This document shows, one piece after another, positions 39,331-52,486 of a stretch of 64,000 bases of DNA. A program made the position numbers and the translations under genes. Under the pieces are notes generated by a model, which saw only the letters and a program-made list of their open reading frames with translations, ran no database searches and had not been told where the DNA came from. How positions within the stretch are numbered: the stretch's first letter is position 1; each line of letters begins with the position of its first letter. This DNA comes from Hemiscyllium ocellatum (lineage: Eukaryota). The stretch spans positions 88,246,048 to 88,310,047 of the forward strand of contig NC_083409.1 of assembly GCF_020745735.1 (NCBI RefSeq), in the 5' to 3' direction.

Positions 39331-41914
39331 GTGTGTTGCTTTTCCTGTTTTCTCTTTCCATTTGCTGGATTTTTTCTTTATCTTTTATTAAATATTATGC
39401 TTATTTAAAAGTTGCAGGCCTGTGCCTACAGGTGGTGTACCCTTCAAAAGTGAAGCATTTCTGATGTCAAGTGCACTTGTAAAAGAAATTTTAGATAACT
39501 TTGGAAAATGGCAGAATAACTAATGTCCGGATGCAGGTAAGGCTTTTTAGTTCAGACTGTTTTTAAGCTGTATTGTGTTCTTGGAAAATTTTCGTAAGTT
39601 GGAGCTGTCCTTTCAGCATCTTAAGCTGTGGTTTAATTTAAAGGAGTGTGAGAGGTTTTTGCTGTGGTTTAGCCCATATTAAAAACTTTAGTTTTGGTTA
39701 TAGCACTGTGGGATTGTTATCAAATAATGACTCAATGCGGAGAGTAGCAAAAATAACCTCTTTAGTCACAAATTGCAAGTAGCACAAGTTTGAGGCAGCA
39801 ATAGAATCCTGAAATACCGTTCTTATAATAGCCCCTTTATATCCAGTTGTTGCATATATTAAAATTCTATTACTATGGTGTTACATTGTTTTACGTATAG
39901 TATACAAAGGTTTGAGGGTCTTCAGTCCTGGGAGACAGGAGATGGGTTAAAACCATATGCTAAGTGCTGCTGTTACTTCTGATGGAATTAAGAGTGTCTG
40001 CCCAGTTGCATAATTAAGAGGTGTTAGTCCTTTTGCCTTTTAAGTTAGTAAATGTTTGTAAAAGTAGTAGACCTATATGCTTTAAATAGGTTAGAAATTG
40101 TACCTGTACTTAATGAAAGAATAAAATATATTATTGCAGCTGATTATTGCAGCTGGGTTGTGAGATTTGTTTACTATTTGCTGGGGTGAGTTTCATTCAT
40201 TCATGCAATATCACTAAAGCGCTGTTTTGACAGTTTCTTAAAGGGATAATGACCCAGTTAAAAGGTATTTAACAAGTATATACTAATTCAGGAAACTGTT
40301 TGGTGTGTTGTAATCTCTTCAGGTCCAGGAGATGATTGGTGAGGCCTGATTAATATTGTAATGTTTTGTGGAGATCTGATGACAGGGATGGCATGGTTCT
40401 GTACGCTACACTTATTCAGAGGTAAACACTGTTTGTAGCAAGGGCTGTTCAGGTGTGAAAATGCAGTAATGGGTTTGAAAGGATTGTTTTGATTAGAAAG
40501 GGGTTGTTTTAAATTTGGTCTTTCTTATGATCATAAAATATACTAAAACCATAGTTTTATGAATGCATGAATGAAATTGAGCTATAGAAGGGAGTTATGA
40601 ATGAATGAAGTGGGAAAGCAGTATTCACTTGTCAGTGGGTTGGTAAAGGAGTTATGACTGAGTAGACATAAAGCGCTTGTGAGTGGGTTAGTGAAAGGAC
40701 TTAGAATACAATATCTCATAGCACTTTAGTTTTGGTTGCAGTTGTAACTTCAACTCTGAACTCTGACAGATTGATAAATGACAATTAGGGAAAAAGATTT
40801 TTCACAGCTGCCACACTGCGATTATGTTTTCAGTCTTTAGCATTCAGTTACTGGCACTAAATAGCTGTCACGATGAGCTTTTAGTGCCTGTTTCATATTG
40901 CCATCTCCGCCAACATTTTTTACATGTTACTTTGCAAACGTAAATGACAGAGAATCAAATTTTTTGTTCAGACAGATGCCTTGAGGTTGATTAACAATTC
41001 TGATATTCATGGTTATAATATCACAGACTTACATATTTAGTTTGGATTATTTCCCTACTGGTGCACATTACATACATATAGCTGACTAGCTGTTGACAAT
41101 ACACTGACTCCATTACACATAAAGAACTTTTTGTACTGGAACATTGCATGTTGTGATGCCATGTAACTGTCTTAAAGGCACAGGCCTATCTGTTCTGACA
41201 TCTATGTCATGATGCAACAAGCTGCATTGGAAACATTCTGAATTCACCTTGCCAATGACATTCTTCCTGCTAATCTGCTCTTCCTCACCCCTTGAATTTC
41301 CATGAAATTGATTTCTCCCAGTTGCTCCCATCATCTTTAATGACTCACTTCCATCGTAGCCCTGCAGAGAAACAACTGAAATGTTTCATGCTGTCCAATT
41401 GATGATCTGCTGGCAAATACTGTTGGTTCACTAATATTATTCTAATAAGGCTTGGGTCATTAAGTTTTTTCAAACCTTAGCAACGTTCTGCAGCTGTACC
41501 ATCATGTGGCCAGTGATCCTTCTGATGCACCCTGGAACATGATAATTAGTCCTATCACTCACAGTTGCAAAAATTTCCATTAAGCAAGCTCACAAAGTTA
41601 CCTCTGAACTGACTTAGGAGTTCATAATGACTACCTGCTGTTTGTGACTGCATATTAATGTTCTTGATTAATTTTATTCTATCATAAGTGTTTTGTGAAA
41701 CATTTCCAGTTTGATTTGGTGTGGAAATGATTTCAAAATAAAAGAAACAAACAAAGTGGACAAAAAGCACAGTTTCCCCACTGTGAGCTGTCTGAACCAT
41801 TTACCAAAAAGACTGATGGAGAGTAGAAGTGCAAGGAAAATCAATATTTACATGAGAGCTTATTGAGAAGTTTTTTGCATGAAGATTGTTTTGCACCCTG
41901 TCAATTCTAATGAA

Positions 41915-42957
41915 GTTAAAAATTACACAACACCAGGTTATAATTGTTGGGCTGAAGGGCCTATTTCCATACTGTAGGATTCTAAAAAAAAAGTCCGACT
42001 GGTTTATTCGGAAGGAGCACTTCATCAGATAGCCAGTGGGGCAGGATCATAGCACACAGAATTTGCACCAAGATCATATAACTGATACAATATATTGAAC
42101 AAACCTAGATTGCTGTTAAGTCTTTCATCTTTTAGAATGAGTTGCAGGTTTCGATTCATTAATATGTAAATCCCAGAGCTTCTTAGTCACATTCCTGAGA
42201 TAACTTAAGGTTTATTAAGAAAGTGGCATCTTAGCTCAAACAATGCGTTAAAGTGTGAGATTAGAGCATATCTGTATTCTAATCTTGAGTCAGACTAATT
42301 CTATTTCCAAAGCAGGAATTTATAAATGGTCACACGGATTGGTGTCTGCAGATTGTGTGCTTTTTGAGTAAAATAGTATAGATCTGCATATACAATTCTG
42401 CAAATGCAAATTCATCCCATGAACTTATTTGTGTGTGCGGGTGCATGGAAGGGAGGGAGAGAGAGAGAGATTGTGTGAGAGAGTGCATGTGGATGTGTGT
42501 GTGTGTATGCTTGGTAGTGTATGCATTTTATATGTAACATGTGATATTTTATAAATTTCTTCTTTGGAAATAGAACCAGTCTGACTCAAGATTGGAATAC
42601 AGACAGACTCTAGCCTCACACCTTTAATACGTTGTCTGAGCTGAGATGTCACCTTATTTTATAAAACCTTAAGTTATCCCAGGAATGTGACTTGAAAGAA
42701 GTTCTGGGATTTACATATTAATGAATCGAAACCTGCAACTCATTCTAAAAGATGAAAGACTTAACAGCAATCTGGATTTGTTCAATATATCGTATTAGTT
42801 GCATGACACTATGATCTTGTGTTATAAATTGTGTCCTATGATCCTGCCCACTAGCTACCTGGCAAAGTAGCAGCGCTCTAAAAGCTAGTGCTTCCGAATA
42901 AACCTGTTGTGTGATTTTTAACTTTGTCTAACCCTGTCCAGCACCAGAACCTCCTCA
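41915..42957. mobile_element. 1-kb Penelope-like foldback (family B) with long inverted arms
   Basis: About 41915-42330 is the reverse complement of about 42555-42925; flanks TCAATTCTAATGAA/TCAATTACAATGAA; a 50-bp SINE/CR1 tail is inserted at 41943-41992. Confidence 0.85.
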
Positions 42958-43897
42958 TCAATTACAATGAATACAAAACTTCATAACCAAGGCTTAATTC
43001 ATATTTCTAATTATATTCCTTATGTCTGTTATGAGCATTGAATCTATTGTCCACATATGTTACCAATCCCTTTCTCTTTTAGTTATTTCCTTTTGCTCTT
43101 CACCAAATCATGTGACTCAAACCCTTTCCCAACTTATTTGCTGCCATGACAGTTTGGGTTAAAATGTGCTAAATGATCACCTTCTGAACTGCAAAACTTT
43201 TGTTTCTGTAAATTTAGTTAAAAGGAAGAGCAAAACTGCTGTTTTATGTAATCCCTTAACATTAATAATATGCATTTGTTGGGCACCTTGAACGTGACAA
43301 AACATTCACAGGAGTATTACAAAGAAAAAAAAGATCAAATCAAAGAAGTAGTTATTAGGGTAGATGGCCAACATTGCAGTCTAAGAGTAAGGTTTGAAGG
43401 GATTATATAAATGAAAAAAGAGAGGTAGGCAAACAATGAGTTATGTTTTCATAAGGCAAATAACTTGAATCAGGAAATTTTCCAATTTTCACTTGAAGTG
43501 GATATACGCTTGTAAAAACAAACTAAAAAGCTTTTGTGATGCAGTAGTGTTATCCTTTGTACCAGGGGGCTTACGTTCAAGGGTTTCACCAGCTCCAATG
43601 CATAATGTCTCCGTCGAGGTTGATTAGAAAATACTTAAAAGTACATTGATTAATATTCAGACCATACATCAGCAATATCTAATCCTTTAATAGCCACATC
43701 AAACTTTCAATCTGACTGTGAACTCAACACATCCGGCTGTAATGATTATAGGTTTGCTTTGGGCTGATGTTCATCATGGCAAAATAATAGCTCTTGGGAA
43801 ATGTCAACAAAAACCTCTATTGAAATAATGAAAATATGGTATTTTTCATTCAATTATACCAGATATCCTGTTAATCAAATAAATCTGTAAGATTATG

Positions 43898-44260
43898 AGA
43901 AATAGGACTAGGAATACCCAAAGCAGCCCATCAAGACTGCAACACCACTCAATATGATCATGGCTGATATTATTATGGCCTTAATTCCACTTTCTTTCCT
44001 GTCCTCCATAATCCTTAACTCCCTTATTGATCAAAATTCCAACTCTGCTTTGAATATTATCCATGACCTAGCCTCCATACCTGACTGAAGAAGATAATTG
44101 CCAAGACTTATCTGAGAGAAGGAATTCCTTCTCTTCACTTTAAATGAGAAGACTGTTACTTCCAAACTGTGATGCCAATTTTAGGTTCCCAATGAAACGT
44201 AAACTCCTCCCAGCATTGATCTTGTCTCATCCTCTCACAGAATCTTCAATGTTTCAATGA
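43898..44260 (-). mobile_element. Old CR1 3' fragment
   Basis: AGAAATAGGA...GATCATGGCTGAT reversed 3' UTR, similar to 57212-57380. Confidence 0.6.
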
Positions 44261-45339
44261 CAGATTTTTTTTCTCTAAAAACAGAAGCTTACTTCATTGT
44301 GCAGAGTGGGGCTTTTAAAAACCTTGAGATGGCGATAGTTAAATAGAACTTCAACAGCACTTATATCTACTCCATCAATTCGCAACTTAAATGCAATGTT
44401 AACTGAGTTCAGATTACTTTCTTGAGTGGAGTTGCTGAAAATGAGGGTCAGGCTTCTGCATCTGGGTCCCACCTGACTCCGTGAAACAATGGCCCATTGA
44501 ATGAATTCTAGAGATTTGAGCCCAAGCAACTAAAGGTACAGCTACCAAAGATGGAGCTTCTCAAGAGGCCAATATTAGAAGAGTCTTTATATCTCAAAGT
44601 TATGGACCTGAAGTAGCTTCCAGAACTGGTGAGGAATAAGGCTCTAAGGAGGGATCTAAAAACGAAGAAATTAATTTTATAACTCGGGTGTTATTTAACA
44701 AGGAGTCAATGTTGATGAGCAAATGGTGATTTGAAGTTGGTGCAAATGAGGACACGAACAGAGAGCTTTGGATGAGCTGACCTTTTAGGAGAATAGAATG
44801 TAGGAGGATGAGGGGAAGTGCAAATTGATCTGGAGGCTACAAGAACATCAATGGGAGTTTCAGCAGCAAAATGAAATGGGATGGGACGGAGTATGACAAT
44901 ATTATGGAGCTGAAAATAGGCTGTTACAATATGATGTGAATGTGGATTGCTTCCTTGTAGGCAGGTTAGGCAAAAATGACCTCTGACCCCTGAATATGAA
45001 CATGCAAATCAGGAAAACTCTCCTGTACTGAAACAGAAGAAACCTAGGATAAATTCACACACTTTTGATATTGCTCAGTCGTTTCTGTTTCCAAATAGTT
45101 AGATTTAAAATGGAGGCTGTTACATAATTACTAAAAAGCAGATGGATAACCAGTCTGATGGAAATTTATATTTAATAAAGCAATTCCCTTTGATCGAGAG
45201 GAATTCACTGGGTAGTGATGCATGAGTAAAATCTTTTGTAAATTCTAAGTTCTGGTCTTGGGAGAATAATACAAATGTAATTACAATTTGTAGCCATTAG
45301 CACCATATTTAGTAAGTTTTCAAAATTGTTAACAGTTTA

Positions 45340-45750
45340 GCTTTAAAACCAAGATTTCTTGGCTTATGATCCCAGAACTACACCATGATTGGTGATTGCT
45401 TCACGTCAGTTCTGAAAGCATGTTGCACAGTCTGTAGTGCTGTCCTTCAGATGGGATATTAAACCAAGGACCTGTCTTCTCTTTCTGTTTGGTCAGTAAG
45501 ATCCAATGGTACTGTTTATATAAAGGACAGGTGAGTTATCTCAAGGGTCCTGAGAAATATTTCTCCTGAAAACAACAACATGAAAATCAATTACCTGGTC
45601 ACTATCATTTTGCTGTTTGTAACATCATGCTGTGTACAAGTCGGCAATATTACAACAGTGACACTATTTGAAAGACACGGTTGGCTTAAAAAGTGTTTGG
45701 AATGTTGTAAGGTTGAGAAAAGCACTTCTTAAATACAAGTCTTCCTTTTC
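45340..45750 (+). mobile_element. DeuSINE (SacSINE1/AmnSINE1-like) relic
   Basis: TCAGATGGGATATTAAACC, TTGCTGTTTGT, ATTACAACAGTGAC and terminal TAAATACAAGTCTT. Confidence 0.7.
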
Positions 45751-46199
45751 ACTTTTCTGAGTGCCCTCCACAACTGTTCCCAGTGGAGTTTTAGAATGGC
45801 ACTGATCTGGATGATTTATTTACATTCTTCAGCATATACAGGTAATTTATCTACATCTATAATCGTGGAGGTACTGTGCCTCATCCACTCATTTTACCCA
45901 GCTGCAATGTAAACACAAAAATTCATTTGTAGATTGGAAGTGTGAACCATTAGCTTAGAGTTTCCATGCCCTTGTAGGCCAGACAAGTTAAGATTATCAG
46001 ATGGGTTACATGGTCACCATCCAGTTTTTATGGATTCAAATCCCACCATTCCATAGAATGAAATTGAAATTCATGCCCCAGAACATTTACCTGTCACTTT
46101 TCCAATGACATTGCTACCACGCCACCACATTAAATAGATATTTTGAGATGAGGTGTCTGGCCAATTCTGCAGTGCAGTGGGTAGACAGTACAAAATGAA

Positions 46200-46690
46200 C
46201 TCCACTTCTTTCTCATGCTCCAAGCTGTCATCTTAAATCCTTTTCCTTTTACCTTCAATTACAATCATGAGGAGCTCTTAGGCTTCTTTGTCACTAAGAC
46301 TGAGACTAATCTATCAGCTGGCTCTCCCCATTCCTTTTTTCCATTAGCCCTCTGGGCTTCAGATGACCCCTTCACTTTAAGTCTGAACTTGTATCTTTCT
46401 CTAGTTTGATTCCCAATTCACATTGTGCTCTCTCAGAACTCATCGTATTCGTAAGATCCATTTTGTTTTCTGGATGCTATTCCATCTAAACTGCTGATCA
46501 ACCAACTTCTGTTCTTCATCGCCATGCTAGATGATATTGTTAATGGCTCTCTCCTTACTCTTCTCTCTCCTTCAAATCTGTTGTCATCATGTTTGCCCTC
46601 AAAATCAACCCTCAACCTCCTTGTCTTTGCAAACTCTTGCCTCATCTCCAACCTCTCTTCCCCGATTTTAAGTGTGTTGTCACCTGCAAG
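46200..46690 (+). mobile_element. L2-like LINE relic (similar relics at about 3500-4010, 44630-44930, 48130-48590 and 57800-57980)
   Basis: DAIPSKLL, DIVNGSL and RLISNL-like RT N-terminal remnants. Confidence 0.5.
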
Positions 46691-46697
46691 ATATTTT

Positions 46698-47285
46698 TCC
46701 TTATTCACTCATGAGATGTGGGCATTGCTGGGTAGCTAGCATTTATTGCTCATCCCTAATTGCCCTTGGGAATGTGATGGCAAGCTCCCATCTTGAACTG
46801 CTGTAAGCCACATGGTGTAGGTAAAGTCACAATGACATTTGGGAGGGAATTCCAGGATTTTGACATACTGCCAGTAAAGGAACAGTGATATATTTACAAG
46901 TCAGGAGGGTGAGTGACTTGGAAGGAATTGCAGCTGGTGGTGTACCCATATGTCTGTTGCCCTTGTCATTTTAGATGGAAATGGTCAAGGGTTTGCAAAG
47001 TGCTGTCTCAGGATTCTTGACAAATTTCTGCAATGTGCCCTGTAAATAGCATACACTGCTATTGATTTGGGAGCGACGCTCCGAAAGCTAGTTAAACCTG
47101 TTGGACTATAACCTGGTGTTGTGTGATTTTTAACTTTGCTGCTACTGAGCATTGGTGATGGAGGGAATGAATGTTTGTGGATGTGGTGCCAATCAAACAG
47201 GCAGATTTAACCTGGATAATGTCAATTTCCTGAGTTGCATTTATTCAGGTAAGGGGGCAGTATTTCATCACATTCCTGATCTGGG
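46698..47285 (-). mobile_element. LINE 3' end (CR1/L2 group) with a nested Penelope-like repeat at 47066-47138
   Basis: ATTTATTGCTCATCCCTAATTGCCCTTG tail; nested insert flanked by CTGCTA(T/C)TGA at 47056-47065 and 47139-47148. Confidence 0.7.
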
Positions 47286-47922
47286 CTGCAAATATTTCCC
47301 AGGCTGGCTGGGGCTAGTGGCCATTGGTGTTGGTCAGCAATTAAAAAGTACTCCCCTTGTCTTTGCCATCTCATCCACAAATACCTTGGGTCCCTGTTTA
47401 CAAACCAAGAATGAACTTTCCTCTTCCCTGGGCCATGTCCTTAAGGGAGAGGCTTGACCACCATCGAGAGTACAGGGGTAATTTCTGACTTGCAGCATCT
47501 GAAATGATTTGCATCATTTTTTAAATATGCTGACAATGGTGTGAATGCCAGAAGGTACTGGCAGTAACAAACTCTACCTCCTCTCCACGTGATTCCCTGA
47601 GAGAGGCATTCACCAAGCCAGTGAGGCGAGGATATGAAAGTTGCAAGAGAAATATGACTTTGAGTTATACCAGGCTCGATGCCATGAGTCTCACTTGACA
47701 AAACTATTTAACTGAAAATGGGTAAGTTCTGCTCACTATGTTAATGTCAATACTCAGCTCTATCACTTGAACATCTCTCTGGCCCCTCCACTGTCTTTAA
47801 ATGATCAGACATTAATACTGAGTACTGTATGAAAAGAAGTTTCCTCCCATGAAACTTTTGGAGGACTGATACCATTTGTTACAAAGTCCTGTCCCTTGTC
47901 ACTGACTCCATTCCTTCCATGG

Positions 47923-48065
47923 GGTAAAAACAATGACTGCAGATGCTGGAAACCAGATTCTGGATTAGTGGTGCTGGAAGAGCACAGCAGTTCAGGCAAC
48001 ATCCAAAGTGCAGCGAAATGATGCTGCCTGAACTGCTGTGCTCTTCCAGCACCACTAATCCAGAA
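47923..48065. mobile_element. Compact Penelope-like hairpin element
   Basis: 48-bp inverted repeat; exact TSD TCCATTCCTTCCATGG at 47907-47922 and 48066-48081. Confidence 0.9.
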
Positions 48066-49389
48066 TCCATTCCTTCCATGGCAACTATTTGAGGCTAAGC
48101 CAGACTGTTGGTAAACTTGGTCATTTCTGACCACCAGATGAAATGCTGTCACATCACCAGGGCCATCAATAAACCATTTATTTACAGCTCCATAATGTCT
48201 CCCACATCTCTCCTGCCTCAGCTCATCAGTTGCTGAAAACTGAATTCATACTTTGACCATCTCTAAACATGATCTTTACAATATACTTCCGGCTGGATTC
48301 CCTTGTCCTTACTTTGGCCAGATCCTGACCCCCCCCCCCCTCCCTATACTTACTGACCTGTGTTGTCTCCTTAGCATGCAACAATCAATTTTAAATTCTC
48401 ACCCTTTTGTTTTCAAATCCTTCCCTCCTCTCTGTCATCACCCTGAGCTCCACAATCTTCAGGTATCTTTACTCATTTCAATCTTAAGCATCCCTCATGT
48501 CAATCACTCCACCATTGGTGACCATTTCTTCACCTACTCTGGAATGCCGTCCCTTAACATTTTTGTCTATTTCTATTTCTCTTCTCTTCTTTGACTCAGT
48601 CAGAACAGTTTTCAACATAAAGATCCAATAAGGCAATTTGGAAATGTTATTATGCTAACATTTGAGATATGGAAATTGTTATTAAATTGCAAATTTCATG
48701 GAGTAAATTCAGCCTTTATGCACTGATTGGTTAATATACAATATTCTGACTCCAGAAATGAATCAAACATTTGGCACACATCACAATTATTCTCTAATTC
48801 ATGGCTTGCCAAATACAGGGTGCCAAACAAAATCAAGATGAAAGCCAACAAGGCATATGTCTGTTTATGGAAACTACTATCTAACTGTGAACGTATGAGA
48901 AGTGTTAGATCAAACTTGGGATATTTAATTCTGATGCAGCTTACTCAATTATGACGGCACAATATTGCCTAAAAGATGGCCCTGATCTTAGGGGTGGTGA
49001 GTGGCCAGGTTGAATGTGTATGAATGAGGGTGAGTAGGAGAGGGTTGGGGTGGGATGTGGTGAGGGAGACCCTGGTGCCTGGAGTTGTGATTTCTTTCAA
49101 CAAGCTCCAAAGTGTATACTGTATTTCCCATTTGAGACCTAAAGTGGCAACTGAGTTGTTATTAATGTCACAAGAATCTCTTGGGGTGCTGCTGTTTCAG
49201 GAGGTGGGAGCGCTGGCACAAATAAACTCATGTTTGTGAATAGAGTGCATCTATTTAAAGCTGCTGTCACTACCTGCAGTTTGGGGGCTTCAAGTTAAAA
49301 ATCTACAAAGTTCATTGGCAACGCATCACTTCTGCAAATGTGTTGCTGGTCAAAGCACAGCAGGTTAGGCAGCATCTCAGGAATAGAGA

Positions 49390-49425
49390 ATTCGACGTTT
49401 CGAGCATAAGCCCTTCATCAGGAAT
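49390..49425 (-). ncRNA. Minimal type I hammerhead ribozyme motif (family A)
   Basis: ATTC-CTGATGA-A-GGGC-TTAT-GCTC-GAAA-CG-TC-GAAT on the minus strand. Confidence 0.75.
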
Positions 49426-49584
49426 AAGCTTAAACTTGAAAGCCTTTTACTGAGGCAATATCTGTTAGCTAGAAACAAATTGATCCTAAAACCCTTCAAC
49501 CCCGAGACTTTTTGAACTCTGTGTCATTCACACCTCTCTGCAAAAAAAGCCAAGGACTCCATCACCTTGTTAAAGGGGCAGCTT

Positions 49585-49585
<1 letters not shown>

Positions 49586-49631
<46 letters not shown>

Positions 49632-50100
49632 TCCTTGTTCAATGTGTTGTCACGCTGCCTGTATCTCTATTCCCATTTCAATGTTTTGTCACTCTCTCTC
49701 TATTTGTACGGTGTATCTCTGTCTCTCTCTCTACCTGTTTAGTGTCTTGTCACCCTGACTCTCCATACTTAGTTCAATGTGTTGTTGCTATGTTTCTCTC
49801 TATCCCTATTTCAGTGTGTTCTCACTGTATCTCTGTCTCTCTAAACCGAGTTCAGGTTGCTGTTTCTCTGTATCTCTGTGTTCACGGTTCAGAGTGCTGG
49901 CTGCCCTGGTCTCTCTCTCTCTTGTTCCAACTCTGTGTGTTATCTGTCTGTCCTTCTCCTTACCCAATTCACTGTGTTGCTATTCTATCTCTTTCTATTC
50001 TCAAAATACAGTGTGTTGGTTCTCTGTCAGTCTCCAGTACCAGTTAAAGAGTGTTGTCACACACTCTGTCCCTCTACCAGTTAAAGAGTGTTGTCACACA
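49586..50100. repeat. (CT)n microsatellite plus degenerate minisatellite (GTGTTGTCAC...CTCTCT...GTTCAGT units)
   Basis: Pure CT run at 49586-49628; recurring 35-40 bp units; final TACCAGTTAAAGAGTGTTGTCACAC duplicated exactly. Confidence 0.8.
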
Positions 50101-50275
50101 CCGAAACGTCGAATTCTCTATTCCTGAGATGCTGCCTAACCTGCTGTGCTTTGACCAGCAACACATTTGCAGCTGTGATCTCCAGCATCTGCAGACCTCA
50201 TTTTTTACTCAACGCATCACTTCTGCCAGCTATGATACTCCCCACACCCTGAAGTTTCATTCCTCTCAAGTGACT

Positions 50276-51470
50276 TAGAGTCATAGAGTCATAGAGTGTA
50301 CAGCATGGAAACACACCCTTCGGTCCAACTTGTCCATGCTAACCAGATATCCCAACCCAATCTAGTCCCACCTGCCAGCACCCGGTCCATATCCCGCCAA
50401 ACCCCTCCTATTCATATATCCATCCAAATGCCTTTTAAATGTTTCAACTGTACCAGCCTCCACCACTTCCTCTGGCAGCTCATTCCATACATGTATCACC
50501 CTCTGCGTGAAAAAGTTGTCCCTTAGGTCTCTTTTATATCTTTCCCCTCTCACCATAAACCTATGCCCTCTAGTTCTGGACTCCCCCAACCGAGGGAAAA
50601 GACTTTGTCTATTTATCCTCTCCATGCCCCTCATAATTTTATAAACCTCTATAAGGTCACCCCTTAGCCTCCAACACTCCAGGGAAAACAGCCTTAACCT
50701 ATTCACCCTCTCCCTATAGCTCAAATCCTTCAACCCTGGCAACATCCTTGGAAATCTTTTCTGAACCCTTTCAAGGTTCACAACATCTTTCCGATTAGAA
50801 GGAGACCAGAATTGCACGTGATATTCCAACAGTGGCCTAAACAATGTCCTGTACAGCTGCAACATGACATTCCAACTCCTGTACTCAATACTCTGACCAA
50901 TAAAGGAAAGCATACCAAATGCCTTCTTCGCTATCCTATCTACCTGTGACTCCATTTTCAAGGAGCTATGAACCTGCACTCCAAGGTCTTTTTGTTCAGC
51001 AACAGTCCCGTGGATGTTACCATTAAGTGTATAAGTCCTGCTAAGATTTGCTTTCCCAAAATTCAGCATCTCAGATTTATCTAAACTAAACTCCTCAGCC
51101 CATTGGCCCAACTGATCTAGAGCCCATTGTAATCTGAGATCACCTTCTTTGCTATCCACTACACCTTCAATTTTGATATCATCTGAAAACTTACTAACTA
51201 ACCTGTTACTAACTTACCTGTTATGCTCACATCCAAATAATTTATATAAATGATGAAAAGTAGAGGACCCAGCCCTGATCCTTGTGGGACTTCACTGGTC
51301 ACAGGCCTCCAGTCTGAAAAACAACCCTCCACCACCACCCTCTGTTTTCTACCTTAGAACCAGCTCTGTATCCAAATGGCTAGTTTTCCCTGTATTCCAT
51401 GAGATCTAATCTTGCTCATCAGTCTCCCATGGGGAACTTTGTTGAATGCCTTACTGAAGTCCCACAGATC
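50276..51470 (-). mobile_element. CR1 LINE, 5'-truncated
   Basis: 265-aa ORF2 C-terminal ORF; (AGAGTCAT)n tail. Confidence 0.95.
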
Positions 51471-51480
51471 ACTAACTGAA

Positions 51481-52486
51481 TGTGGCAAACAAATGGCTTG
51501 AAATCTAGGCCACAATGGTCAAGGCACCTGTGGAGGTGCAACAGGCAATGGTGGATCATCCGTAAAGACCATTTTTTTAACCTTATTTTTGAACCATCTT
51601 TATTTTGGAATGAATTGTGGAAAAGACCACAATACAACAAAAGAACTGCAAAAAAGCATGTCAATAAAGCTCATTGTGTGTTGTGTTTATGCTATTGCTT
51701 TGTTCAGTCAGTTAGGGGAAGATATTTGTAGATGGCCTGTTTCTGGGGAATCTGTGCAAAGTAAAATTTAGCTGACAACAGATTGCTGGTTAGTTTGTGG
51801 AGTTATGACCAGTTGTGGATGCTAAAGGTTGTTAGCCTGTTGATAACTATCTGATTGGTTCCTGGGTCACCGAACAGTTTGGGGATGTGAATGATACTGA
51901 CAGAAACCTTTGGACTGCTGAAGGAGTAGATGGTGTGCGTGTGTCTGTGTGTCTCTTTCTCTCTCCCTCTCTCTCTAATAAATACCTAAAGCCTGAAGAA
52001 AGCTAGTTTATTTTCTATAAGCTGTTGTTTATAATGGTTAAATCAGAAATGTTATCATTCATGAATGACTCACATTGTACCTAATGTGAAGAAATAAGAG
52101 AACCTGAAGGAATTAGGAAACAAAAGCATCACTCCAGCAAACCCTAAGGATTGCGGGTATCAAACTGCATCCCAGAATATTTTTTCCCCTTCAACCATAA
52201 TAACATTTTTTTGTTTGTGTGTGTGGGGGTTGCGGGGGGCGGGGGGGGGGGGGGGGGGGGTGGTGTGTGGGGGCAGTTAGAAAGGATTTAGAATTATACA
52301 TCAGCAGTTCATAGTTATTCTCCTGTGGGTACAGTCTGTTTATTTGTAATAAATTATTGTTCTTGTTAAATACAGAAAGCTGTTTTTTTTTATTTGTTAG
52401 CCTGGTACTATCGTACTGAGTAAATTGGAGTCTTTGCATACTCTGATAATATTTTGAATTTTTATCAAGCTGCCGGAATTTGCAAC
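51481..52486 (+). mobile_element. Possible solo LTR
   Basis: Starts TGT, has internal AATAAA signals and a CT-rich block; 3' terminus and TSD not confirmed. Confidence 0.25.
52225..52273 (+). repeat. Poly-G tract, G-quadruplex capable
   Basis: G5, G6, G20 and G5 runs. Confidence 0.85.

Larger units (their letters stand above)
49336..50209. mobile_element. Penelope-like foldback (family A) enclosing about 670 bp of cargo
   Basis: Inverted arms at 49332-49425 and 50101-50209; exact TSD CAACGCATCACTTCTGC at 49319-49335 and 50210-50226. Confidence 0.9.

Noticed and set aside
49630-50100. Regularly spaced GTGTTGTCAC units resembling a CRISPR array
   Set aside because: Eukaryotic context; the spacers are related CT-rich sequence, so this is a degenerate minisatellite.
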